Source: Eledone cirrhosa
Lineage: Eukaryota
Assembly: GCA_964016885.1 (NCBI GenBank)
Contig: OZ024762.1
Coordinates: 24,924,001 to 24,988,000, forward strand
Length of the DNA stretch: 64,000 bases
Direction of reading: 5' to 3'
Below are positions 12,201 through 23,300 of this stretch, one piece after another (the first letter of the stretch is position 1; each line of letters opens with the position of its first letter). The notes beneath the pieces were generated by a model. It did no database searches. It saw only the letters and a list, made by a program, of their open reading frames with translations, and was not told where the DNA came from. Both the position numbers and the translations under genes were made by a program.

Positions 12201-12477
12201 TTTTATGTGGGTTGGTTGGTCAGTCAAATTTATACATTCTTTCATTTCCTGTTTGTTGTTTTGTTGTTTTAAATATCATTGTCATTTATTCCAGATTTTA
12301 GAAACATCAACTCACCCGAGATTGTTTTTCCCCAAATATTTCCCCTCTTATTATGACAAGATATCAAACTTTCTCCATTTTCTTCAATGGCGAGTGACAA
12401 TTTATTGTCGTTGTTGTGAGGGGTCTGTCTTTTTGGTTTTTGAAAGTGTTTTCGTTTGTAGTAGAGATAGAGAGTAT

Positions 12478-13260
12478 TGGTGGTGGTGGTGGTGGTCGTC
12501 GTGGTGGTTATTGTTGGTGGTGGTGGTGGTGGTGGTGGGTGTTATTGTTGTTGTTGGTGGTGGTGGTGGTGGGTGTTATTGTTGGTGGTGGTGCTGGTGG
12601 TGGTGGTGGTGGTTATTGTTGGTGGTGGTGGTGGTGGGGGTGGGTGTTATTGTTGGTGGTGGTGGTGGTGGATGTTATTGTTGGTGGTGGTGTTGGGTGT
12701 TATTGTTGGTGGTGGTGGTGGTGCTGGGTGTTTTTGTTGGTGGTGGTGGTGGTGCTGGCGGTGGTGGTGGTGGTTGTGGTTTTATTGGTGGTGGTGGTGG
12801 GTGTTATTGTTGGTGGTGGTGGTGGTGGTGGGGGTGGTGGTTGTGGTGTTGGTGTTGTTGCTAGTGGTGGTGTTGTTAGTGGTAGTTGTGGTTGTGGTGG
12901 TGGTGGGTGTTATTGTTGGTGGTGGGTGTTATTGTTGATGGGGGTGGTGGTGGTGTTGGCTGTTATTGTTGGTGGTGGTGCTGGCGGTGGTGGTGGTGGG
13001 TGTTATTGTTGATGGGGGGGGGGGTTATTGTTGGTGGTGGTGGTGGTGGGTTTTATTGTTGGTGGTGGTGGTGGGTTTTATTGTTGTTGTTGGTGGTGGT
13101 GGTGGGTGTCGTTGTTGTTGTTGGTGGTGGTGGTGGTGGGTGTTATTGTTGGTGGAGGTGCTGGCGGTGTTGGGTGTTATTGTTGGTCGTGGTGGTGGCG
13201 GTGGGTGTAGTTGTTGATGTAGTAGTGGTGGTGGTGTTGAGCGTGAGTGTTGTTGTTGAT
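12478..13260. repeat. (GGT)n / GGGTGTTATTGTT compound low-complexity repeat
   Basis: Seen directly in the sequence. Confidence 0.9.
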
Positions 13261-13282
13261 TATTATTATATAAATAAATACA

Positions 13283-13530
13283 GAGGTCGATAAAATAAAG
13301 TACCAGTAATGTACTGGGTTATTGCTGGCCTTGTGCCAAAAGTAGAAACAATTATTATATAAATAAAGAAATCATTATTATTATTATTTTATATTGTTAC
13401 GTCCCTTTACGGTCTGAATTCAAATCCCGCCGAGGTTTACTTTGCCTTTCATCCTTACGGGGTCAATAAAATAAAGTACCAGTAATTCACTGGTTAATTG
13501 CTGGCCTTGTGCCTAAAGTAGAAACAATTA
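13283..13530 (+). mobile_element. Two partial SINE copies (Meta/MESC-like family)
   Basis: TTCAAATCCCGCCGAGG..TTTGCCTTTCATCCTTACGGGGTC..GTACCAG..GGCCTTGTGCC(A/T)AAAGTAGAAAC. Confidence 0.78.
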
Positions 13531-13537
13531 TTATTTT

Positions 13538-14391
13538 ATGCACATCCGGATCAAGGAACACACTAAAACCAGGGCCTCGTCTTTCCGGAAACACATAGAC
13601 AAATGCGGAAAGAAAGACGGAAGGCCCATTGTCACAATTCTAGCGACTGAAAGAAACGTTGGCACGTTACGTATCAAGGAAGCGCTTTTTATCAAACGCC
13701 TGCAACCGCAAATAAACAACCGATCAGAGAGAAGCGAAATGAGATGGCTGGTTTAAGTTAACAAACGATGCAGCAACACACAACACACGCACACACACAC
13801 ACACACACAAACGAGACAACTACACACACACACACAGTAGCCATCCACCATACGAACATACTACACTGCCAATACAGAGGAACAAGGCAACAACACACGC
13901 ACACACACTCAAGCGAGACAACAACACACGCACACACACAGTAACATTTAACAAACAGGCAGAGAATGGACTGACAGCTAGCGCCACCCCAGTCCCTCAT
14001 TCGGCCGCTGACCTCTGCCCGACCGACCCCATTTCAAGCGCACGCGCGCTCTGCCGAATACCTCAGATATTCAAAACAACAAACAGCGGAGGACGCATTT
14101 CGAATCTGTCCGACAGACAACCTTTCCCCCCACCCCGGAAAAACCCCCAGTTGATGGATGTGAATCCGAAATATATAGGAACTATTAAATCTCTCCCAAG
14201 GTAACTCTCTCTTGTGTTGTTATTTTTATGTTATCCTTTATACTCTTCCCTTCTTTCTTCTACACATTTACACATCTTTACACACCACGCATCTCAACGT
14301 ACACCCACTTACATCTCTCTCTCCACCACCGGATCTTGTTACCCGGAGATTTACCCATTTGCATTGTCGAGGCTTCCAAACGACTTAAAGA

Positions 14392-14395
<4 letters not shown>
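13538..14395 (+). mobile_element. 3' fragment of a PLE: GIY-YIG C-terminus plus putative 3' pLTR with a decayed HHR
   Basis: RIKEH...FRKH..C...ILATE....LRIKEALFIKRLQPQIN is a Penelope-type endonuclease C-terminus. 14145-14181 reads CAGTTGA-TGGATGTGAATCC-GAAA-TATA-TA-GGA (mutated core). Ends at (TA)n. Confidence 0.75.
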
Positions 14396-14427
<32 letters not shown>

Positions 14428-14428
14428 A

Positions 14429-14755
14429 TGTACGAGGTGAGTTTATTGCAGTACAATAAAGCAACGCAGATATCGGATAAGTAGCACTCTACAGTTTGTA
14501 GGACTGGAGTATAAATAATATAAGATCAAAATATGGTTAAAAGAGTTCCATGTATTTTATTATGCGCATTTCAAAAACAAATATCATCATGCAATAACAT
14601 TTGCATTTTCGTCAGATAAAATAGTCTCCTTATTTTATAATATTTCCCTATTTTATCTGACGAAAACGCAAATGTTATTGCATGATGATATTTGTTTTTG
14701 AAATGCGCATAATAAAATACATGGAACTCTTTTAACCATCTTTTGATCATATATT
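14429..14755. mobile_element. Fold-back pLTR-like element with two HHRs (family A, stem III TGCGCA)
   Basis: 14651-14717 (+): TTTTAT-CTGACGA-16 bp stem II-GAAA-TGCGCA-TA-ATAAAA. Inverted copy at 14555-14621 (-). Flanked by (TA)n. Confidence 0.82.
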
Positions 14756-14770
14756 ATATATATATATATA

Positions 14771-14995
14771 CCGAATTTATATTCATAGAAATCTGGGACT
14801 TGTTTCCTTCTTCATCACTTTCTGCTGCTTAAACCATTTTGTTTGTTTACCCTAGCGTCCCCTTTATTTACGTGTCCCAACGACTTTTTTTTAGCCGTTG
14901 CTCGCACCAACCTGAGATATATGGCCTTTAATGCGACGAAATGCCTACGACGGTTGGATGGCCACTGATGAGAACAAACTTTTTCATATATATAT
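14771..14995 (-). repeat. Partial inverted copy of the 18.5-20 kb duplicated unit
   Basis: Reverse-complement similarity to 18471-18680, e.g. GGGACACGTAAATAAAGGGGGACGCTAG. Confidence 0.8.
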
Positions 14996-15197
14996 ATATA
15001 TACACCGGAAATTTATAATAAACTGAAGTGAAAACTAATATGGGGTCTGATAGTATACAGTTATATAACTGGTAAATATCAAACAATATGTCAATATGAT
15101 CGACCCTCCGAAACGATCGTAAACCAATGATATAAATAGGTTAAGTAAGTAACTTTACTTTGTGGTTTTTATTTTCATTGTTAATTTAATACCTAAT

Positions 15198-15265
<68 letters not shown>

Positions 15266-15351
15266 CTCTAGTGTTCTTATATATTTAATATATATTTTTC
15301 CTTATCGAGCGCTCTTTGGATTTTTGTCTTCACATTTATTATTATTATTAT

Positions 15352-15423
<72 letters not shown>

Positions 15424-15431
15424 TTGTGTGT

Positions 15432-15474
<43 letters not shown>

Positions 15475-15667
15475 AAAATATGTATGAAATATATAAGAAC
15501 CGTAGAGCAAATATTTATTAAAATAGCAGATTAAAATGTAAGCAAAGAATCGCTGCTTTCACCCTTAACAGGATCTTCTGAAACTAAAAAAATCAATCTG
15601 TGAACGCAGAAGTAAATATTTCGAAATACGTTGCAACCGAAGGAGGAGAGGAGGAGGATCGATACTT

Positions 15668-15945
15668 AGGTTCGTGGAGACGTCCTCTAGGAAAGAACGA
15701 AAAAAAAACGAAGATAATACGTCATTATTTGGAGCGGTGAGAACACGCAAAGACAAAGCCACGTTTACGGTATAAATGAAGTCGTAGACTAATATTCTAT
15801 TAGGTGGTTCGTGGAGACATTCCCTGGCAATGAAAGGAAAAAACGAAGATAATACGTCATTATGTGGAGCAGTGAGAACAATTACACGCAAAGACAAAAC
15901 CACGTTTATGGTATAACTGAAGTCGTAGACTAAAATTCTATTTAG
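15668..15945. repeat. Diverged ~138-bp tandem duplication
   Basis: GGTTCGTGGAGAC..AACGAAGATAATACGTCATTAT..GAAGTCGTAGACTAA occurs twice. Confidence 0.8.
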
Positions 15946-16654
15946 GAAACCGAATGATTCTCGGCTTCAGAGGTAAGAATAATGTAAATAAATTACAGAG
16001 GTTCGTTTCTTTCTTCTTTTTCCCCCGTTTTGGACGATTCAATAGTTTTGTTTGTTCATTTGTTTTCCTGTGTATTGTTGAGTAATTCATTGGGGGTAGG
16101 GTTAGGGTTAGGGGTGGTAGGCGGGCTGGATGGAATGAGGTTGAGTCGGAGTAGAATTTTCATTCTTCTTATCCTTAGGTTTTTTTTAATTTTATTTTGT
16201 TGTTGTTTTCTTGTTGTTTTTTTGCGTAATTTTACTTTTTTAGAAACTATTCTTTGATGACATAGTAAAGAAGATAATAATAAAAATAACAATAAAAATA
16301 TATATACAAAACAACCAAAAAACACACACACACAAGCACACACAAAAATAAACAACAAAAACAAAAACCGAGAGAAGAAAATATTAAAAGGAAAAAAAAA
16401 AGAAAGAAAGTAGAAAAAAAAGAGATAAAAGCCAAAGATAGAAAGATAGACACGAAGAAGAAAAGAAATAAATAAAGAAAGAACAAAAGGCAAAATACAG
16501 AAAGAAAGAAAAAAGGAAAGTAGAAAAAGAGAGAATGCAAGAAAGGAAATAAAAGAAAGAAAGAAACGAAGAACAAAGTAATTGAAGAAATAATTAAAAA
16601 AGGAAAGAAAGAAAGAAAAAAAAGGAAGAAAGAAAGAAAGAAAGAAAGAAAGAG

Positions 16655-16693
<39 letters not shown>

Positions 16694-16864
16694 AAAGAAA
16701 TGTCTAATAAAGAGCAGTAAGGAGCAGAAGGAGAAATCAACGAAACACCCAGAGCCGAGGTCGCCTAGCAACGAGAAGGAATGAAGGATTTAGATAAAAC
16801 TGTTTTTAGATTAGGAAATTGCTAGTATTTTATTTTAGTTTTATTTATCCATCTATATATAAAG

Positions 16865-16919
<55 letters not shown>

Positions 16920-16977
16920 AATATATCTATATATATATTGTATGTATATATAAATATATATATATATATTATGTATT

Positions 16978-17009
<32 letters not shown>

Positions 17010-17077
17010 TTGTGTGTATACATGTATATATGTATATATATGCTGTAACCTCAGCATCGAATTTTGTTATATATATA

Positions 17078-17121
<44 letters not shown>

Positions 17122-17147
17122 CATATATATATATATTGTATGTATAA

Positions 17148-17193
<46 letters not shown>

Positions 17194-17260
17194 ATATATA
17201 TATGAATGTATATATATATATGCATATACATATACGTACATATATATATATATATATATA

Positions 17261-17422
<162 letters not shown>

Positions 17423-17487
17423 ATTAGTTAAAATGGTCATACACGCGTTGCGCTTATTTCTACCCGCCGAAATGCGATTCTCGCTAA

Positions 17488-17580
<93 letters not shown>

Positions 17581-17664
17581 AGAAAATTAGATGCTGAGGT
17601 TGCAGCATATATGTATGCATACATTATATATATATAAATACATACAATATATATATACATATAT

Positions 17665-17842
17665 ATAACGAAGGAAATGTGGTAAGGAACCAGGTGGACC
17701 ATAACGCACCAAAGTACTCAATACTTGAGGTAGTAGAGTGGGTAATAGGAACCAGTAAGACCCCGACAGCTGAGCTCAAGCCGTTTCGACGGCTAGCCGT
17801 CGAAACGGCTTGAGCTCAGCTGTCGGGGTCTTACTGGTTCCT

Positions 17843-17844
<2 letters not shown>
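17665..17844. mobile_element. Short element with perfect 100-bp terminal palindrome (family B)
   Basis: 17745-17844 is a perfect palindrome centred on GGCTAGCC. Homologous to 48304-48508 and 52563-52770. Confidence 0.85.
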
Positions 17845-17923
<79 letters not shown>

Positions 17924-18056
17924 TTTCTCTCTTTTCTTCTTCATTTCTATCTTTCTATCTTTGGCTTTTATATACATACATATATATATATATCTTTATA
18001 TATATATACATACATATATATATATATCTTTATATATATATATACATATATATATC

Positions 18057-18218
18057 TACATGGACACACTAGAAGAGGAAGACCAAGGTTAACATATGTT
18101 GATGCCCTAAGGACAGACACTGGTCTGTTGGAGATGCAGGATATGGCAGCGATAATGAGGGACAGAGACCGCTGGAGAGAACTCGTCCATGGATCTCGGG
18201 AATTTTACCCGCCTTAGA
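18057..18218 (+). mobile_element. RTE 3'-terminal fragment in (TA)n
   Basis: [44 protein letters not shown]; near-identical to 8661-8820. Confidence 0.9.
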
Positions 18219-18330
18219 TAGATATATCTATATATATATATATAAATACATATATATATATCTTTATATATATAGATGAAAGGTATAGAAAACATTGTAG
18301 CGAAAAGCCAACAGTATTCCATAATATATA

Positions 18331-18403
<73 letters not shown>

Positions 18404-18429
18404 TTATATATATATATATATATATATCT

Positions 18430-18467
<38 letters not shown>

Positions 18468-18469
<2 letters not shown>

Positions 18470-19990
18470 AAGTGAGTCCTTCATCTGTGACCCTCCAACC
18501 GTCCTCGGCATTTCATCGCTTTAAGGGCCATATGCCTCAGGTTGGTGCGAACAACGGCTAAAAAAAGTCGTTGGGACACGTAAATAAAGGGGGACGCTAG
18601 AGTAACAACAAAAGGGTTTAAGCAACGGAAAGTGAGTAGAAATAGACAAGTCCCAGATCTCTATGAATATAAACTCTGTGAAATCGTGAACAAGAGACGA
18701 AAGACCATCGAACCTGGTAGAAATGTGAGCAAGGAAAGAATTTCGCCCAAGTTTGACGGGGGGGGGGGGAAGAGAGAGAGAGAGAAAGAAAAAGGAGAGA
18801 AGAAGAAGAAGAAGAAGAAGAAGAAGAAGAAGAAGAAGAAGAAGAAGAAGAAGAAGAAGAAGAAGAAGAAGAAGAAGAAGAAGAAGAAGAAGAAGAAGAA
18901 GAAGAAGAAGATAAGGGGGTCTGGTCTACGAATTCGGTAAACGCAAGTTTTGTGAAGTCGCAGACGAAAGAGAGAGAGAAAAAAATTCCATACCAGCTCG
19001 GTCAAGACTGCGCGAGAAAAGAATTACACACAGGTCAAACTTGAAGGAGGAGGAGGAAAGAGGAGGAGGAGATGTAGTGACAGAGAATGAGTGAGTGAAA
19101 GTTGAGGAGAGATTAACAGAGAGGGAGACTGCTAGAAGTGGTAAAGATACAAGGAACGAAACAGACGAAGGCAGCATGGAAAAATTATATGTGTAAATAT
19201 GATGATAATAATGGAGCTGCGGCGTTGCAAATGGGATACATATGAACAAGTGAGTCCTTCATCAGTGACCCTCCAACCGTCCTCGGCATTTCATCGCTTT
19301 AAGGGCCATATGCCTCAGGTTGGTGCGAACAACGGCTAAAAAAAGTCGTTGGGACACGTAAATAAAGGGGGACGCTAGAGTAACAACAAAAGGGTTTAAG
19401 CAATGGAAAGTGAGTAGAAATAGACAAGTCCCAGATCTCTATGAATATAAACTCTGTGAAATCGTGAACAAGAGACGAAAGACCATCGAACCTGGTAGAA
19501 ATGTGAGCAAGGAAAGAATTTCGCCCAAGTTTGACGGGGGGGAAAAAAGAGAGAGGGAGAGAAAGAAAAAGGAGAGAAGAGGAAGAAGAAGAAGAAGAAG
19601 AAGAAGAAGAAGAAGAAGAAGAAGAAGAAGAAGAAGAAGAAGAAGAAGAAGAAGAAGAAGATAAGGGGGTCTGGTCTACGAATTCGGTAAATGCAAGTTT
19701 TGTGAAGTCGCAGACGAAAGAGAGAGAGAGAAAAAATTCCATACCAGCTCGGTCAAGACTGCGCGAGAAAAGAATTACACACAGGACAAACTTGAGGGAG
19801 GAGGAGGAAAGAGGATGAGGAGAGGTAGTGACAGAGAATGAGTGAGTGAAAGTTGAGGAGAGAGTAACAGAGAGGGAGACTGCTAGAAGTGGTAAAGATA
19901 CAAGGAACGAAACAGACGAAGGCAGCATGGAAAAATTATATGTGTAAATATGATGATAATAATGGAGCTGCGGCGTTGCAAATGGGATAC
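18468..19990. repeat. Two-copy ~778-bp direct tandem repeat, each copy containing (GAA)n
   Basis: AGTGAGTCCTTCATC at 18471 and 19249. High identity throughout. Flanked by (TA)n. Confidence 0.92.
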
Positions 19991-20014
19991 ATATATATAT
20001 ATATATATAGATAT

Positions 20015-20266
20015 GTTGATTTAAAACTGCACTATCCACAAGTGGTTTTTAGCCTTCATATCATGTTCTCCTGTTTTATCTGATGAAAACACAAATATTA
20101 TTGCTTGATGATGTTTGTTTTTGAAATGCGCATAATAAAATATATGGAACTCCTTTAACCATCTTTTGATCTTATATTATGAATACTCCAGTCCCACAAA
20201 CTGTAGAGTGCTTCTTATCCGATATCTGCATTGCTTTATTGTACTAAAATAAAACTCACCTCCTAC
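20015..20266 (+). mobile_element. Solo family A element with HHR at 20074-20140
   Basis: TTTTAT-CTGATGA-stem II-GAAA-TGCGCA-TA-ATAAAA. 3' end CCTCCTAC runs into (AT)n. Confidence 0.82.
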
Positions 20267-20304
<38 letters not shown>

Positions 20305-20379
20305 GGGGTTAGGGTGTTTGTATTTGGGTGCTTTTTGTTTGTTTGGTTAGAGGATGAGGTGATCGTATTAGTTGGTGTT

Positions 20380-23300
20380 TTGGTGGTGGTAGTACTAGTG
20401 GTGTTATTGGTGGTGGTGGTGGTGGTGGTAGTACTAGTGGTGTTATTGGTGGTGGTGGTGGTGGTGGTGGTAGTACTAGTGGTGTTATTGGTGGTGGTGG
20501 CGGTTGTGGTAGTACTAGTGGTGTTATTGGTGGTGGTGGTGGTGGTGGTGGTAGTAGTACTAGTGGTGTTATTGGTGGTGGTGGTGGTAGTACTAGTGGT
20601 GTTATTGGTGGTGGTGGTGGTTGTGGTAGTACTAGTGGTGTTATTGGTGGTGGTGGTGGTGGTGGTGGTAGTAGTACTAGTGGTGTTATTGGTGGTGGTG
20701 GTGGTGGTGGTAGTACTAGTGGTGTTATTGGTGGTGGTGGTGGTGGTGGTAGTACTAGTGGTGTTATTGGTGGTGGTGGTGGTGGTGGTGGTAGTACTAG
20801 TGGTGTTATTGGTGGTGGTGGCGGTTGTGGTAGTACTAGTGGTGTTATTGGTGGTGGTGGTGGTGGTGGTGGTAGTAGTACTAGTGGTGTTATTGGTGGT
20901 GGTGGTGGTGGTGGTAGTACTAGTGGTGTTATTGGTGGTGGTGGTGGTGGTGGTAGTACTAGTGGTGTTATTGGTGGTGGTGGTGGTGGTGGTAGTACTA
21001 GTGGTGTTATTGGTGTTGTTGGTGGTGGTGGTGGTAGTACTAGTGGTGTTATTGGTGGTGGTGGTGGTGGTGGTAGTACTAGTGGTGTTATTGGTGGTGG
21101 TGGTGGTGGTGGTGGTGGTAGTACTAGTGGTGTTATTGGTGGTGGTGGTGGTGGTGGTGGTAGTACTAGTGGTGTTATTGGTGGTGGTGGTGGTGGTAGT
21201 AGTACTAGTGGTGTTATTGGTGTTGGTGGTGGTCGTGGTGGTAGTACTAGTGGTGGTATTGGTGGTGGTGGTGGTGGTGGTGGTGGTAGTACTAGTGGTG
21301 TTATTGGTGGTGGTGGTGGTGGTGGTGGTAGTACTAGTGGTGTTATTGGTGGTGGTGGTGGTGGTGGTAGTACTAGTGGTGTTATTGGTGGTGGTGGTGG
21401 TAGTACTAGTGGTGTTACTGGTGGTGGTGGTGGTGGTGGTAGTACTAGTGGTGTTATTGGTGGTGGTGGTGGTAGTACTAGTGGTGTTATTGGTGGTGGT
21501 GGTGGTGGTGGTAGTACTAGTGGTGTTATTGGTGGTGGTGGTGGTGGTGGTAGTACTAGTGGCGTTATTGGTGGTGGTGGTGGTGGTAGTACTAGTGGTG
21601 TTACTGGTGGTGGTGGTGGTGGTGGTAGTACTAGTGGTGTTATTGGTGGTGGTGGTGGTGGTAGTAGTACTAGTGGTGTTATTGGTGGTGGTGGTGGTAG
21701 TACTAGTGGTGTTATTGGTGGTGGTGGTGGTGGTGGCAGTACTAGTGGTGTTATTGGTGGTGGTGGTGGTGGTGGTAGTACTAGTGGCGTTATTGGTGGT
21801 GGTGGTGGTAGTACTAGTGGTGTTATTGGTGGTGGTGGTGGTGGTGGTAGTACTAGTGGCGTTATTGGTGGTGGTGGTGGTAGTACTAGTGGTGTTACTG
21901 GTGGTGGTGGTGGTGGTGGTAGTACTAGTGGTGTTATTGGTGGTGGTGGTGGTAGTACTAGTGGTGTTATTGGTGGTGGTGGTGGTAGTACTAGTGGTGT
22001 TATTGGTGGTGGTGGTGGTGGTAGTACTAGTGGTGTTATTGGTGGTGGTGGTGGTGGTGGTAGTACTAGTGGTGTTATTGGTGGTGGTGGTGGTGGTGGT
22101 AGTACTAGTGGTGTTATTGGTGGTGGTGGTAGTACTAGTGGTGTTATTGGTGGTGGTGGTGGTAGTACTAGTGGTGTTATTGGTGGTGGTGGTGGTGGTG
22201 GTAGTACTAGTGGTGTTATTGGTGGTGGTGGTGGTTGTGGTAGTACTAGTGGTGTTATTGGTGGTGGTGGTGGTGGTGGTGGTAGTACTAATGGTGTTAT
22301 TGGTGGTGGTGGTGGTAGTACTAGTGGTGTTATTGGTGGTGGTGTGGTTGTGGTGGTGGTAGTAGTACTAGTGGTGTTATTGGTGGTGGTGGTGGTGGTG
22401 GTGGTAGTACTAGTGGTGTTATTGGTGGTGGTGGTGGTGGTGGTGGTAGTAGTACTAATGGTGTTAATGGTGGTGGTGGTGGTGGTGGTAGTACTAGTGG
22501 TGTTATTGGTGGTGGTGGTGGTTGTGGTAGTACTAGTGGTGTTATTGGTGGTGGTGGTGGTGGTGGTGGTAGTACTAATGGTGTTATTGGTGGTGGTGGT
22601 GGTGGTGGTAGTACTAGTGGTGTTATTGGTGGTGGTGTGGTTGTGGTGGTGGTAGTAGTACTAGTGGTGTTATTGGTGGTGGTGGTGGTGGTGGTGGTAG
22701 TACTAGTGGTGTTATTGGTGGTGGTGGTGGTGGTGGTGGTAGTACTAGTGGTGTTATTGGTGGTGGTGGTGGTTGTGGTAGTACTAGTGGTGTTATTGGT
22801 GGTGGTGGTGGTAGTACTAGTGGTGTTATTGGTGGTGGTGGTGGTGGTGGTAGTACTAGTGGTGTTATTGGTGGTGGTGGTGGTGGTGGTAGTACTAGTG
22901 GTGTTATTGGTGGTGGTGGTGGTGGTTGTGGTAGTACTAGTGGTGTTATTGGTGGTGGTGGTGGTGGTGGTAGTACTAGTGGTGTTATTGGTGGTGGTGT
23001 GGTTGTGGTGGTGGTAGTAGTACTAGTGGTGTTATTGGTGGTGGTGGTGGTGGTGGTGGTAGTACTAGTGGTGTTATTGGTGGTGGTGTGGCTGTGGTGG
23101 TGGTAGTAGTACTAGTGGTGTTATTGGTGGTGGTGGTGGTGGTGGTGGTAGTACTAGTGGTGTTATTGGTGGTGGTGGTGGTGGTGGTGGTAGTACTAAT
23201 GGTGTTATTGGTGGTGGTGGTGGTAGTACTAGTGGTGTTATTGGTGGTGGTGGTGGTGGTGGTAGTACTAGTGGTGTTATTGGTGGTGGTGGTGGTGGTG

